This document shows, piece after piece, positions 8,638 through 17,443 of a stretch of DNA of 36,997 bases (position 1 is the first letter of the stretch; each line of letters opens with the position of its first letter). Both the position numbers and the translations under genes were made by a program. The DNA is from Rhodocyclales bacterium. Its GTDB lineage: Bacteria; Pseudomonadota; Gammaproteobacteria; Burkholderiales; Rhodocyclaceae. Location of the stretch: assembly GCA_021413665.1 (NCBI GenBank), contig JAIOPW010000032.1:1-36997 (forward strand). The letters are read 5' to 3'. A model generated the notes under the pieces. The model was not told the DNA's origin and ran no database searches. It worked only from the letters and a program-made list of their open reading frames with translations.

Positions 8638-10160
8638 GCCTTGCCTCCGAAATCGGCCCGCAGCTTCGGCTTGTCCACTTTGCCGGCGGCATTGCGCGCC
8701 AGCGCCGCAACGAACTGCACCTGCTTGGGCGCCTTGAAGCCGGCCAGCTTCTGCTTGCAGTAGGCGATGACCTGCTCCTCGCTGACCTGCGCACCGGGCT
8801 TCAGGGCAACGATGGCCTTGCCGACTTCGCCCCACTTGGCGTCATGGATGCCGATCACGGCGGCCTCGGCCACGCCCTCGATCTGGAAGATCACGTTCTC
8901 CACTTCTGCCGGATAAACATTCTCGCCGCCCGAGATGTACATGTCCTTGGAGCGGTCAACGACGTAGAAATCGCCGTCGTCGTCGAAGTAAACGATGTCG
9001 CCGGTGCACAGCCAGCCGCCCTCGTAGGACTTGGCGGTGGCCTGCGGGTTGTTCCAGTAGCCCGGGGTGATGGCCGGGCCGCGCAGCAGCATCTCGCCGC
9101 GCTGGTTGGCACCCAGCCGCTGCCGGGTCTGCGCATCGACCACCTTGGCCTCGACGAACATCACCGGCTTGCCGACCGTGCCCACTTTGCGACGTGCCGT
9201 GTCCTCGTCGGTGAGGAAGACCGTGGGCCCGGTCTCGGTCATGCCGAAGCCGAAGCAGATGGTGACGCCCTTTGCCAGGTACTGTTCGAGCAGCACCCTG
9301 GGCACCGGCGCACCGCCGGCCGCCCAACTGCGCACCCGCGAAAAGTCGGCGCTGGCGAAACGGGGATGCTGGCTGAGGAACAGGTAGATGGCGGGCACGC
9401 CGAACATTACCGTGGCCTCCTTCTCCAGCAGTTCCATGGTCTTGTCGACGTCGAACTGGCGCATGATCAGCGTCGTGGCGCCGAGCATCAGCAGGCAGTT
9501 CATGTAGAGGTTGAGACCCCCGGTGTGGAAATAGGGCAGCACCGAGAGCATCACGTCGTCGCGGCGCAAGCTGGCATGGATGGTGTTGGTGAGCGTGTTG
9601 GTGACGTTCATGCCCCAGGTCTGCGGCACGCCCTTGGGCTTGCCCGTGCTGCCGGCGGTGTAGAGCAGGTACCAGACGTCGTTGTGCTCGCGCCAGGGCA
9701 TTTCGATGGTGGCGCCGGACATTTCGGCCAGCGCGCTTTCGTAGCCGGCGACCTGCGGCCGCGCGGCGCCGGTCACCATGCGATGCTTGATCTTGCAGGC
9801 ATCGACCAGGGCACTCCCCGCGGCGTCGAACTCCTCTCCCCAGACCAGCGCCGTCGGCGCCGCATCCCCGAGCACGCCCTTGAGTTCGTCCACCGACAGC
9901 CGCCAGTTGAGGCAGATCACCACCGCGCCGATCTTGCCGCAACCGTAGAGCATCTCGACATAGTCGGACGAACTGTGTGCCAGCAGGGCCACGCGGTCGC
10001 CGGGTTTGACCTGCCAGCGATCCCGCAGGAACTCGGCGAAGCGGCTGGCCCTTTCGTTGAGCTGGGCATAGCTGACGCGACGCCCGGTATGGAGGTCGAC
10101 CAGTGCGGTCTTGGCGGGGAACTGGCGTGCGTGCTTGGCGAGGTAATCAGGAACTTGCAT
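8634..10160 (-). CDS. Acyl-CoA synthetase / AMP-forming CoA ligase (FACL/MenE-like)
   Basis: P-loop YTAGSTGKPKG, GFGMTETG, WLCTGD, DRSKDMYISGGENVYPAEVE and terminal RNAAGKV lysine. GGAGG RBS. Confidence 0.92.
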   Translation of the reverse strand: MQVPDYLAKHARQFPAKTALVDLHTGRRVSYAQLNERASRFAEFLRDRWQVKPGDRVALLAHSSSDYVEMLYGCGKIGAVVICLNWRLSVDELKGVLGDAAPTALVWGEEFDAAGSALVDACKIKHRMVTGAARPQVAGYESALAEMSGATIEMPWREHNDVWYLLYTAGSTGKPKGVPQTWGMNVTNTLTNTIHASLRRDDVMLSVLPYFHTGGLNLYMNCLLMLGATTLIMRQFDVDKTMELLEKEATVMFGVPAIYLFLSQHPRFASADFSRVRSWAAGGAPVPRVLLEQYLAKGVTICFGFGMTETGPTVFLTDEDTARRKVGTVGKPVMFVEAKVVDAQTRQRLGANQRGEMLLRGPAITPGYWNNPQATAKSYEGGWLCTGDIVYFDDDGDFYVVDRSKDMYISGGENVYPAEVENVIFQIEGVAEAAVIGIHDAKWGEVGKAIVALKPGAQVSEEQVIAYCKQKLAGFKAPKQVQFVAALARNAAGKVDKPKLRADFGGKA

Positions 10161-10178
10161 TGTGTCCTCCTGTTCTTC

Positions 10179-10970
10179 CTAGGGTTCCGGTGAATCGGGA
10201 TAGTCCTTGAACCGGCTCAGGAAATCATCGACGCCGGCCTGCGCCTGAGGTGTGGCTATGAGTTCGAGGAAGCGGCAGCGCTCGGCCTCGAGGTCGGCGG
10301 CCAGGCGCTCACGATCCCTGCGCAACAAGGTTTTCACGGCACGCATGGTGCCGGCGGGATAGGCGGCGATCTTGCGCGCGGCGGCGGCGGCGGCCTCCTG
10401 CAATTCCCCGGCCGCAACCACTTCGTTGGCCAGGCCCCAGGCAACCGCCTCCGCGGCCCGGATGGTGCGATTGAGCAGCAAGGCGGAAGCCGCCCGGCGC
10501 TGTCCGGCGAGGCGGCCGACCAGCGCGGTCCAGCCGCCGTCGGGGCCGAAACCGGCCGTGGCGTAATGGGCCTTGAAAGCAGCCTCCGGGGCAAGGTAGG
10601 CCAGGTCGGCGGCCAGCACCAGGCCGATCGAGCCGCCCGTAACGACGCCATGCACGGCGGCCACCACGGGCTGCGGCAGGTCGATCAGCGCCAGGATCGC
10701 CTCGTTCAGCTTGCCGACCAGGCGCGAGGAATAGGCCAGCAGATCGCTCTGCCGCTCGCGCTGGAAACGCCTCATGTCGCCACCGATGGAAAACGCCGGT
10801 CCATCGGCGGCGAGCACCACCGCGGCACAATCGGGGGACTGCCCGACTTCACGCAAGGCGGCGAGAAAATCGCCCAGCAGTTCCGGCACCAGTGCGTTGC
10901 GCATGCCAGAACGCGCAAGCACCACGCGCGCCACGCCAGCCCCGAGGGGCTCGATGCGAACCAGGCTCAT
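10179..10970 (-). CDS. Enoyl-CoA hydratase/isomerase (crotonase) family protein, PaaG-like
   Basis: RNAL, FSIGGDM oxyanion loop, PVVAAVHG..TGG, LAADL, GFGPDGG and A..WGLANEVV. Confidence 0.88.
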   Translation of the reverse strand: MSLVRIEPLGAGVARVVLARSGMRNALVPELLGDFLAALREVGQSPDCAAVVLAADGPAFSIGGDMRRFQRERQSDLLAYSSRLVGKLNEAILALIDLPQPVVAAVHGVVTGGSIGLVLAADLAYLAPEAAFKAHYATAGFGPDGGWTALVGRLAGQRRAASALLLNRTIRAAEAVAWGLANEVVAAGELQEAAAAAARKIAAYPAGTMRAVKTLLRRDRERLAADLEAERCRFLELIATPQAQAGVDDFLSRFKDYPDSPEP

Positions 10971-11017
10971 GGGTGCTCGCCCGTGGCAACGAAGAGGGTC
11001 ACGACACGCCCCGCACG

Positions 11018-12349
11018 CTAGATGTAGCCGAGTTTCTCCGCCTCTTCCTGGAGGCCGGCGCGGAAATCCGGATGCGCAATCGATATGAGTCGCCGCGCCC
11101 GCTCGTTCACGGGCGCACCCCGCAGGCGCACGGCGCCGAACTCCGTCACCACAAAGTCAACATTGGCCCGGTGCAGCGTAACCGCCGCTCCGGGGGCGAG
11201 CATGGGCGCAATTTTGGACACTGTCTTGCGCGTCCCGTCGGCCTGCTTTACGTCGGCGGTCGAGTAGAGGGCGATGAAGGACTTGCCGCCCTCCGACATC
11301 TGGGCGCCGAGCGCGGTGTCCGACTGGCCGCCGGTACCGGAATACTGGCGATGGCCGATGGACTCGGAACACACCTGCCCGGTCAGGTCCACCTCCAGCG
11401 TGGTGTTGATCGACACCTGCTTGCTGTTGTGGGCGATGACGTAGGGGTTGTTGACCCAGGAGCCGCGCATCAGCGCCAGCCCGGGATTGCGGTCGAGGAA
11501 ATCATAGAGTTTCTTGGTGCCCAAGGCGAAGGCGGCCACCATCTTGCCGCGCATGAGGCCCTTGTCGAGGCTGCGGGGAGAACGCGTCACGACGCCGGCC
11601 TCGAAGAGGTCCACCATGCCGTCGGTCAACATCTCGGTGTGGATCGCCAGGTCCTTTTTCCGCAGCAATTCGCCGGCCACGGCGTTGGGTATGCCGCCGA
11701 TGCCGAGTTGCATGGTCGAGCCATCCTCGATGTATTCGGCGATGAAACCGCCGATCTTTCGATCGCGGGCCTCGGTTTCCGGCGCAGGCAACTCGAAGGG
11801 AGCCGACGAATGCTCGACCAGGTAGTCGACCTGATCAAGGTGGATCACGGTGTCGCCCCAGATGTAGGGCACCTGGTCGTTGATTTCAAGGATCACGAGG
11901 TCCGCCGCTTCCATCAGTTCCCGTTCGTAGACGACCGAGAAGGCGAGGGAAACGTAACCAAAACGGTCGGGCGGCGTACAGGAGCCGATGAATACCGTGG
12001 GCTTGCGGAACAGGATCCGGTCCATGGCCGCCGAATGCAGGTGGTTGGGCACGTATGTGGAGGTATGCGCCTCCGCCGCCGCCTTGCGGATGTTGGCGGA
12101 ATAGAACCATGCATGATGTTCGATATGACCCTGCATCGCCGGATCCATGAACCACTTGAAGGGGCGCATCGGCAGGCAGGTGGACACGGCGACGTTGCGA
12201 ACCCGGCCGGCAATGGTATGCAATTGGTCCAGCAAGCCGTTCGGCTCGGCGGCGCCGAGCGCGCTGACGATGCAATCGTCGGTCTTGATCTTGGCCAGCG
12301 CCTCTTCGACGCTGATCAGCTTGTGTTTGTAGCCGTAGCCCGCACTCAT
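11018..12349 (-). CDS. Acetyl-CoA hydrolase/transferase family (4-hydroxybutyrate CoA-transferase-like)
   Basis: IEDGSTMQLGIGGIPNAV, IHTEM (catalytic Glu), SINTTLEVDLTGQV.SE..G..QYSGTGGQ.D, VTEFG and IAHPDFR. Start ATG 12349 with AAGGAG RBS. Confidence 0.9.
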   Translation of the reverse strand: MSAGYGYKHKLISVEEALAKIKTDDCIVSALGAAEPNGLLDQLHTIAGRVRNVAVSTCLPMRPFKWFMDPAMQGHIEHHAWFYSANIRKAAAEAHTSTYVPNHLHSAAMDRILFRKPTVFIGSCTPPDRFGYVSLAFSVVYERELMEAADLVILEINDQVPYIWGDTVIHLDQVDYLVEHSSAPFELPAPETEARDRKIGGFIAEYIEDGSTMQLGIGGIPNAVAGELLRKKDLAIHTEMLTDGMVDLFEAGVVTRSPRSLDKGLMRGKMVAAFALGTKKLYDFLDRNPGLALMRGSWVNNPYVIAHNSKQVSINTTLEVDLTGQVCSESIGHRQYSGTGGQSDTALGAQMSEGGKSFIALYSTADVKQADGTRKTVSKIAPMLAPGAAVTLHRANVDFVVTEFGAVRLRGAPVNERARRLISIAHPDFRAGLQEEAEKLGYI

Positions 12350-12393
12350 GATGCTCCTTCTGCGAATGGTACCCACCGGCGCGGGAGTCGCCA

Positions 12394-12423
12394 GCCTGAG
12401 GCAGGCCCCGCCCGGCCTCAGGC
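12394..12423. other. Intercistronic stem-loop between livM-like permease and CoA-transferase
   Basis: GCCTGAGGC...GCCTCAGGC 9-bp inverted repeat overlapping the permease stop codon, with no U-tract. Confidence 0.4.
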
Positions 12424-13500
12424 GGAGCGGCGAGTCTTTGCCAGTGCTCCCGCGCGAAGTTTCCCGACAATGCCGAACGGGAAGAAGTAAACCGACAATA
12501 CGAAAAGCAGGCCGAGCCAGAACAGCCAGCGGTCCGGATGGAACAGCGCACCGATCACCGGAAGGCTGTCAATATTCCCTTGCGCCAGCTTGAGCAGATC
12601 CTGCAGGTAGCCCTGGGCAATGTTGAACAGGGTCGAGCCAACCACCGCGCCGTAGAGCGTCCCCATGCCGCCGATGACGACGATCAGCAGCACGTCGATC
12701 ATGATGTCGAAGGACAGCGTGGTGCCCGGACCGTTGTACCGCAGCCACAGCGCGTAGAGGACGCCTGCCAGGGTCGCGAACACGGCCGCCAGCACGGAGG
12801 ACAGGCTGCGGTAGGTGACGTTGCGGTAGCCGATGGCCTCGCTGCGGAAATCATTGTCGCGAATCGCCATCAGGACGCGGCCGAACGGCGAATTGACGAT
12901 GCGCAACATGAGCAGGAAGAGGCCGCCAGAAATCAGCACGACCATGTAATAGGCGATCAGCTTGCCGTCGAGATTGGCACCAAGGAACTTTTCGTCGGAC
13001 AGGGAGAAGGCCGGGGAGATGAGTTCCGGGACCTTGAAATTCAGGCCATCCTCGCCGCCGGTCCAGTCTGAAAATTGCGAAGCCATGGTCATGAAGGCAG
13101 CCGCGACGGCGAGCGTGATCATGGCGAAAAAGATCGCCCGCACCCGCAGGGAAAACAGGCTGATGCCCAGCGCCAGAACCGTCGACAGTATTAGCGCCGC
13201 CAGGGTGCCGGCCGCCACTGCGGTCCAGGTCGGGCCCATTTGCGTGGACGCAATGCCGATACCGTAGGCACCGATGCCGAAGAACATGGTGTGGGCAAAG
13301 GAAACGATGCCGGTGTAACCCAGCATCAGGTCATAGCTCGCCGCCAGCACAATGAACACCGCGATCTTGGCGCCGACATTGAGGGAACGCGCGCCGGGAA
13401 AGACAAAGGGAGTCGCCAGCAGGCCGACGATGATGATGAGCAATATCGCTGCCAGCAGCTTGCTGCGCGGCAGGTCGCGAGAGAGCATATTGTTCAGCAT
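12418..13500 (-). CDS. Branched-chain amino acid-type (HAAT) ABC permease, LivM-like
   Basis: LGYTGIVSFAH..FFGIGAY, TGGEDG, SPFGRVL.AIRDN and VVIGGMGTLYG. Confidence 0.92.
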   Translation of the reverse strand: MLNNMLSRDLPRSKLLAAILLIIIVGLLATPFVFPGARSLNVGAKIAVFIVLAASYDLMLGYTGIVSFAHTMFFGIGAYGIGIASTQMGPTWTAVAAGTLAALILSTVLALGISLFSLRVRAIFFAMITLAVAAAFMTMASQFSDWTGGEDGLNFKVPELISPAFSLSDEKFLGANLDGKLIAYYMVVLISGGLFLLMLRIVNSPFGRVLMAIRDNDFRSEAIGYRNVTYRSLSSVLAAVFATLAGVLYALWLRYNGPGTTLSFDIMIDVLLIVVIGGMGTLYGAVVGSTLFNIAQGYLQDLLKLAQGNIDSLPVIGALFHPDRWLFWLGLLFVLSVYFFPFGIVGKLRAGALAKTRRSA

Positions 13501-13508
13501 GTCCGTCC

Positions 13509-14534
13509 CTACCGCTTCGCCACGGGGAACAACCCCTGTGGTCGCCAGAGCAGGATCAGCACCATCAGCAGGATGCTGGAAAACAGGTTCACCTTCGGCG
13601 CGACGAAGCCGATGTAATTGGAGGCCAGGCCGACCAGCAGCGCGCCGACGAAGCAGCCACCGACCGAGCCGAGGCCGCCGATGATGATGACGATGAAAAT
13701 CAGCACCATCATCTGCGCCCCGATCGCGGTGGTCACCAGTTCCTGATAAAGGCCGAACATGGTGCCGCCGAGGCCAGCGAGTGCCGAGCCCGCGGCAAAC
13801 ACGCCGATGAACAGGAAGCGCACCCGATAGCCCAGCGCCTCGACCATTTCACGATCCTGTACGCCGGCGCGGATCAGCAGGCCGAGCTTGGTGCGGTTGA
13901 GCAGGAGGAACATCGCGGCGAAGATGGCAAGTCCGAGGCATACCGCGAGCAGGCGGAACTTCTCGATTGCCACGTCGCCGAAAATGAAGGATCCCTGCAG
14001 GCTGGCCGGCCGCATCATCGGCCGTGCCTCCGGGCCCCACAACGCGAGGATCACCTGCTCGGCCACGATCATGCCGCCCATGGTGACCAGGATCTGCTTG
14101 AGGTGAAGGCCGTACACCGGCCGCACCATGACCCGCTCGAAGGCGATGCCGACAGTCCCGGCGACCACCGCCGCGGCAAGGCCGGCGCAGCCAATGGCCG
14201 CCAGGTTGAGTGCGAACGAAGAGCTGGCCGTCCAGCCGCCAAGCATGGAAATCGTTGTCACGCCGACAAAGGCGCCGAGCGCGACGAAGATGCCGTGCCC
14301 GAAGTTCATCACGTCCATCAGGCCGAACACCAGCGTGAGCCCCGATGCCACCAGGAAAATGATCAGGCCCATGGCGAGGCCGGCGATGGTCAGCGTCGCC
14401 CAGGTCGGGAAACTGCCGACCAGCGGCAGGGCGAGCAGGATCAGGATGGGCACCAGCAGGATAGGCAGCCAGTCGCGCGGCGCGGCCGGCAGGTCTTCTA
14501 CTTTGGCGGGGGCGATTGCGGCCGACATGCTCAT
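13509..14534 (-). CDS. HAAT ABC permease, LivH-like
   Basis: ASGLTLVFGLMDVMNFGHG, TKLGLLIRAG and IIIGGLGS. Start at ATG 14534 (alternative 14528). Confidence 0.92.
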   Translation of the reverse strand: MSMSAAIAPAKVEDLPAAPRDWLPILLVPILILLALPLVGSFPTWATLTIAGLAMGLIIFLVASGLTLVFGLMDVMNFGHGIFVALGAFVGVTTISMLGGWTASSSFALNLAAIGCAGLAAAVVAGTVGIAFERVMVRPVYGLHLKQILVTMGGMIVAEQVILALWGPEARPMMRPASLQGSFIFGDVAIEKFRLLAVCLGLAIFAAMFLLLNRTKLGLLIRAGVQDREMVEALGYRVRFLFIGVFAAGSALAGLGGTMFGLYQELVTTAIGAQMMVLIFIVIIIGGLGSVGGCFVGALLVGLASNYIGFVAPKVNLFSSILLMVLILLWRPQGLFPVAKR

Positions 14535-14542
14535 GATTGACC

Positions 14543-15280
14543 TTATTGGTGAGAGTCGAGCGACAGCCCGAGGAGGCGGGCCTGAAGTTCCGGGTCGGCC
14601 ACCAGGGCCGCCATCGTCCCGGCATGCACGACGCGGCCGTTGTCCATGACGGCAACCGTGTCGCCGAGCTTGCTGGCGAAATTGAAGTTCTGCTCGACCA
14701 GCAGGATGGTGACGCCCTCGTCGCGCAGCGCGCCGAACGCCACAATCAGGTTCTGGATGATGGCCGGGGCAAGACCCTTCGACGGCTCGTCGACCAGCAG
14801 CAGCCGGCGCGGCTCGACCATGGCGCGGGCGATCGACAGCATCTGTTTCTGGCCGCCGGAAAGCAGCCCGGCGCGCTGTAGCCAGAAGGTCTTGAGCGCC
14901 GGCATGAAGCCGAAAATCCAGTCCAGCCGGGCGGCATCGAGGGGCCCCTTGCGCGCCGCGAGGAACAAATTCTCGCGCACCGTAAGGTCGCTGAAGATGC
15001 CCATGTTCTCCGGCACGTAAGCAATGTCGAGGCGGGCCACGTCGGGCGTTGCGAACTCGGAGATATCGTTGCCATCGAAACGGATCGTCCCCGCCGATGC
15101 ATGCCAGAGGCCCATGACGGTGCGCAACGTAGTAGTCTTGCCGGCGCCGTTGCGGCCAAGCAGCATGGTGATGCCGCCTTTGGCAACGGCCAGATCGACA
15201 CCATGGAGGATGTGATACGGCCCGATGTGGGTGTGCACCCCGTCGAGAGCAAGGAGTGGCTGGACACTGGAATTCATCAT
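14543..15280 (-). CDS. HAAT ABC ATP-binding protein, LivF-like
   Basis: GRNGAGKTT, LSGGQKQM, LLVDEPSKGLAP and LLVEQN. Start overlaps the livG-like stop. Confidence 0.93.
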   Translation of the reverse strand: MMNSSVQPLLALDGVHTHIGPYHILHGVDLAVAKGGITMLLGRNGAGKTTTLRTVMGLWHASAGTIRFDGNDISEFATPDVARLDIAYVPENMGIFSDLTVRENLFLAARKGPLDAARLDWIFGFMPALKTFWLQRAGLLSGGQKQMLSIARAMVEPRRLLLVDEPSKGLAPAIIQNLIVAFGALRDEGVTILLVEQNFNFASKLGDTVAVMDNGRVVHAGTMAALVADPELQARLLGLSLDSHQ

Positions 15281-16074
15281 GCAGCCTCTGCGGATTTCGG
15301 TGCCACGCCCAGGTAGGCCTCCTGCACCACCGGCGATGCAATCACTTCGGCCGGTGCGCCGTCGGCGACCAGGGTGCCGTTGTGCAGCACGACGATGCGG
15401 TCGGCGAGTTCCCGCACCACGTCCATCTTGTGCTCGACCAGCAGGATGCACTTGTCTCCGCGGGCCTTGATGCGCTTGATCAGGTCGAGGATGACCGGCA
15501 CTTCGTCAACGCTCATGCCGGCGGTCGGTTCGTCGAACATGAACACTTCGGGTTCGAGGGCCAGCATCAGTCCGACTTCGAGCTTGCGCTGGTCGCCGTG
15601 TGGCAGGTTCATCGCCGGCAGGTCGCGTTGGTGTGCGAGGGCGACCTCTTCCAGAATCGCGTCGGCCTTTTCGATCAGGTCGCGGCGGCTGTCCCACAGG
15701 CTGAACAGCTTGATGCCGACCTCCGCGCGCGCCTGCACCGCGATGCGGACGTTCTCATGCACGGTAAGGAAGGGGAACAGGTTGGTGAGCTGAAACGCAC
15801 GGCCGATGCCGCGCCGTGTGCGCAAGGGTGCCGGCAGCCGCGAAATATCCTTGCCGAACAGGAAAACCGCGCCCGCCGTGGCCGGAATCTGCCCGGAAAC
15901 GAGGTTGAAATAGGTGGTCTTGCCGGCACCGTTGGGCCCGACGATGGCCGTCAGGGTCCCGCGCTGGAAGGCGCAGCTGACGCCATTGACGGCGACATGG
16001 CCGCCGAAACGCACCGTCAGGCCGCGCGTCTCCAGCACCGGAACGGCAGATGAGGACTCGCTCGCATTTGACAT
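15277..16074 (-). CDS. HAAT ABC ATP-binding protein, LivG-like
   Basis: GPNGAGKTT, GIGRAFQ, LPHGDQRKLE, DEPTAG, LVEHKMDVV and the C-terminal VQEAYLG motif. Confidence 0.93.
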   Translation of the reverse strand: MSNASESSSAVPVLETRGLTVRFGGHVAVNGVSCAFQRGTLTAIVGPNGAGKTTYFNLVSGQIPATAGAVFLFGKDISRLPAPLRTRRGIGRAFQLTNLFPFLTVHENVRIAVQARAEVGIKLFSLWDSRRDLIEKADAILEEVALAHQRDLPAMNLPHGDQRKLEVGLMLALEPEVFMFDEPTAGMSVDEVPVILDLIKRIKARGDKCILLVEHKMDVVRELADRIVVLHNGTLVADGAPAEVIASPVVQEAYLGVAPKSAEAA

Positions 16075-16126
16075 GATGGGTGCAACCCTTCCCCGCGTTG
16101 GCAACCGCAACCCACGAAACTGTCGC

Positions 16127-16156
16127 CTTCCCGGCGGCGTATTCGCGGCCGGGAAG
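16127..16156. other. Stem-loop downstream of the substrate-binding protein gene (mRNA stabiliser or partial terminator)
   Basis: CTTCCCGGC...GCCGGGAAG inverted repeat 10 bp after the SBP stop codon. This is a typical position in ABC operons. Confidence 0.5.
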
Positions 16157-16166
16157 ACGGAGGGCG

Positions 16167-17372
16167 TTACTTCCTGTTGCGGATCGGCAACTTGATTTCG
16201 TCGATGGTCACTTCATCGACCAGTTCGGGAATCGCCCAGGCCACGGCCGGATCAACCTTGATTTTGAAGTGGAACATGGACTGCAAGGCCTGGTGGTCTT
16301 CCTTGCGGAAAATCATCTTGCCCTTGGGCGTCTCGAAGCTCATGCCTTCCATGGTCGCGATCAACTTTTCGGTATCGGTGCTGCCGGCCTTCTTGAACGC
16401 CTCTACCAGAGCGATGCCTGCCGCCATGCCGCCGGCGGTGAAGAAGTCCGGAGGCGTGCCGTTGTAACGCTTCTTGTGCTCTTCGACCAGCCACTTGTTG
16501 ATCGGGTTCTTCGGGATGTCGTGGTAGTAGTAGGTGGCGCCTTCCATTCCGGGGAAGGCCTTGTAGGCCGCCATCGCGGGCAGGATGTTGCCGCCGGTCG
16601 CGATTTCGATGCCGTAGCGCTTGGGATCAAGGTCACTGATCTTGAACGGGTTGCCGGCACCGGCCCAGTTGATGAAGATGATCTTGCGGCAGGTCTTGTC
16701 CTTGGCCGAATCACAGCGGTCCTTCAATGCATCGAAAAGGCGCTGTGCCGAGGCGGTGAAGTCGTTGGTGGCCATCGGGGCGTACTCTTCAAACACCAGC
16801 TTGCCCTTGCTGCCGGCGAAGGCGTCCTTGAAGGCCTTGACGAAGTCCTTGCCGAAAGCGGAATCCTGCGCCAGCGTGGCGACGTAGGTGCCTTCCTTCT
16901 TGCCCAGCGCATAGCCGTTGGAAATCGCGTCCTGGCTCGAGTTGCGGCCGGTGCGGAAGATGTAGCGATTCCATTTGTCACCGGTAATCGAATCGGCAAC
17001 CGCAGGCTCGACCAGCAGCACCTTCTTGTATTCCTCGGCGACCGGCAGCATCGCCAGGGCGACACCGGAACTGGTCGGGCCGACGGCGATGTCGACCTTG
17101 TCGTCGCCATAGGCAGCGGCCAACTGGGCCTTGCCGATGTCCGGCTTGCCCTGGGTGTCCTTCTCGATGACCACGATCTTGCGGCCTGCGATTTCCATCT
17201 TGCCGCCGGTGGCGTACTCAAGGCCCATCATGAGGCCGATGTGGGTCTGCTTGGCGTAAGCCTCCAAGGCGCCGGTCTTGTCATAGACGTGGGCAACTTT
17301 GATGTTCTGCGCCAATGCGAACGCGGGAACCAGACAGCAGGCCGAGACGGCCAATGCGAAACGTTTCAGCAT
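16167..17372 (-). CDS. Periplasmic substrate-binding protein (type 1 PBP, HAAT family)
   Basis: Signal peptide MLKRFALAVSACCLVPAFALA, then KTGALEAYAKQ, VEPAVADSITGDKWNRYIFRTGRNSSQDA and FETPKG. AAGGAG RBS. Confidence 0.92.
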   Translation of the reverse strand: MLKRFALAVSACCLVPAFALAQNIKVAHVYDKTGALEAYAKQTHIGLMMGLEYATGGKMEIAGRKIVVIEKDTQGKPDIGKAQLAAAYGDDKVDIAVGPTSSGVALAMLPVAEEYKKVLLVEPAVADSITGDKWNRYIFRTGRNSSQDAISNGYALGKKEGTYVATLAQDSAFGKDFVKAFKDAFAGSKGKLVFEEYAPMATNDFTASAQRLFDALKDRCDSAKDKTCRKIIFINWAGAGNPFKISDLDPKRYGIEIATGGNILPAMAAYKAFPGMEGATYYYHDIPKNPINKWLVEEHKKRYNGTPPDFFTAGGMAAGIALVEAFKKAGSTDTEKLIATMEGMSFETPKGKMIFRKEDHQALQSMFHFKIKVDPAVAWAIPELVDEVTIDEIKLPIRNRK

Positions 17373-17443
17373 GTTCGATCTCCTTGAGGGCGGATTACTC
17401 ACTGCAAAAATCCGGTGCGCAGCACCGGCTCGCATTGGATTTC

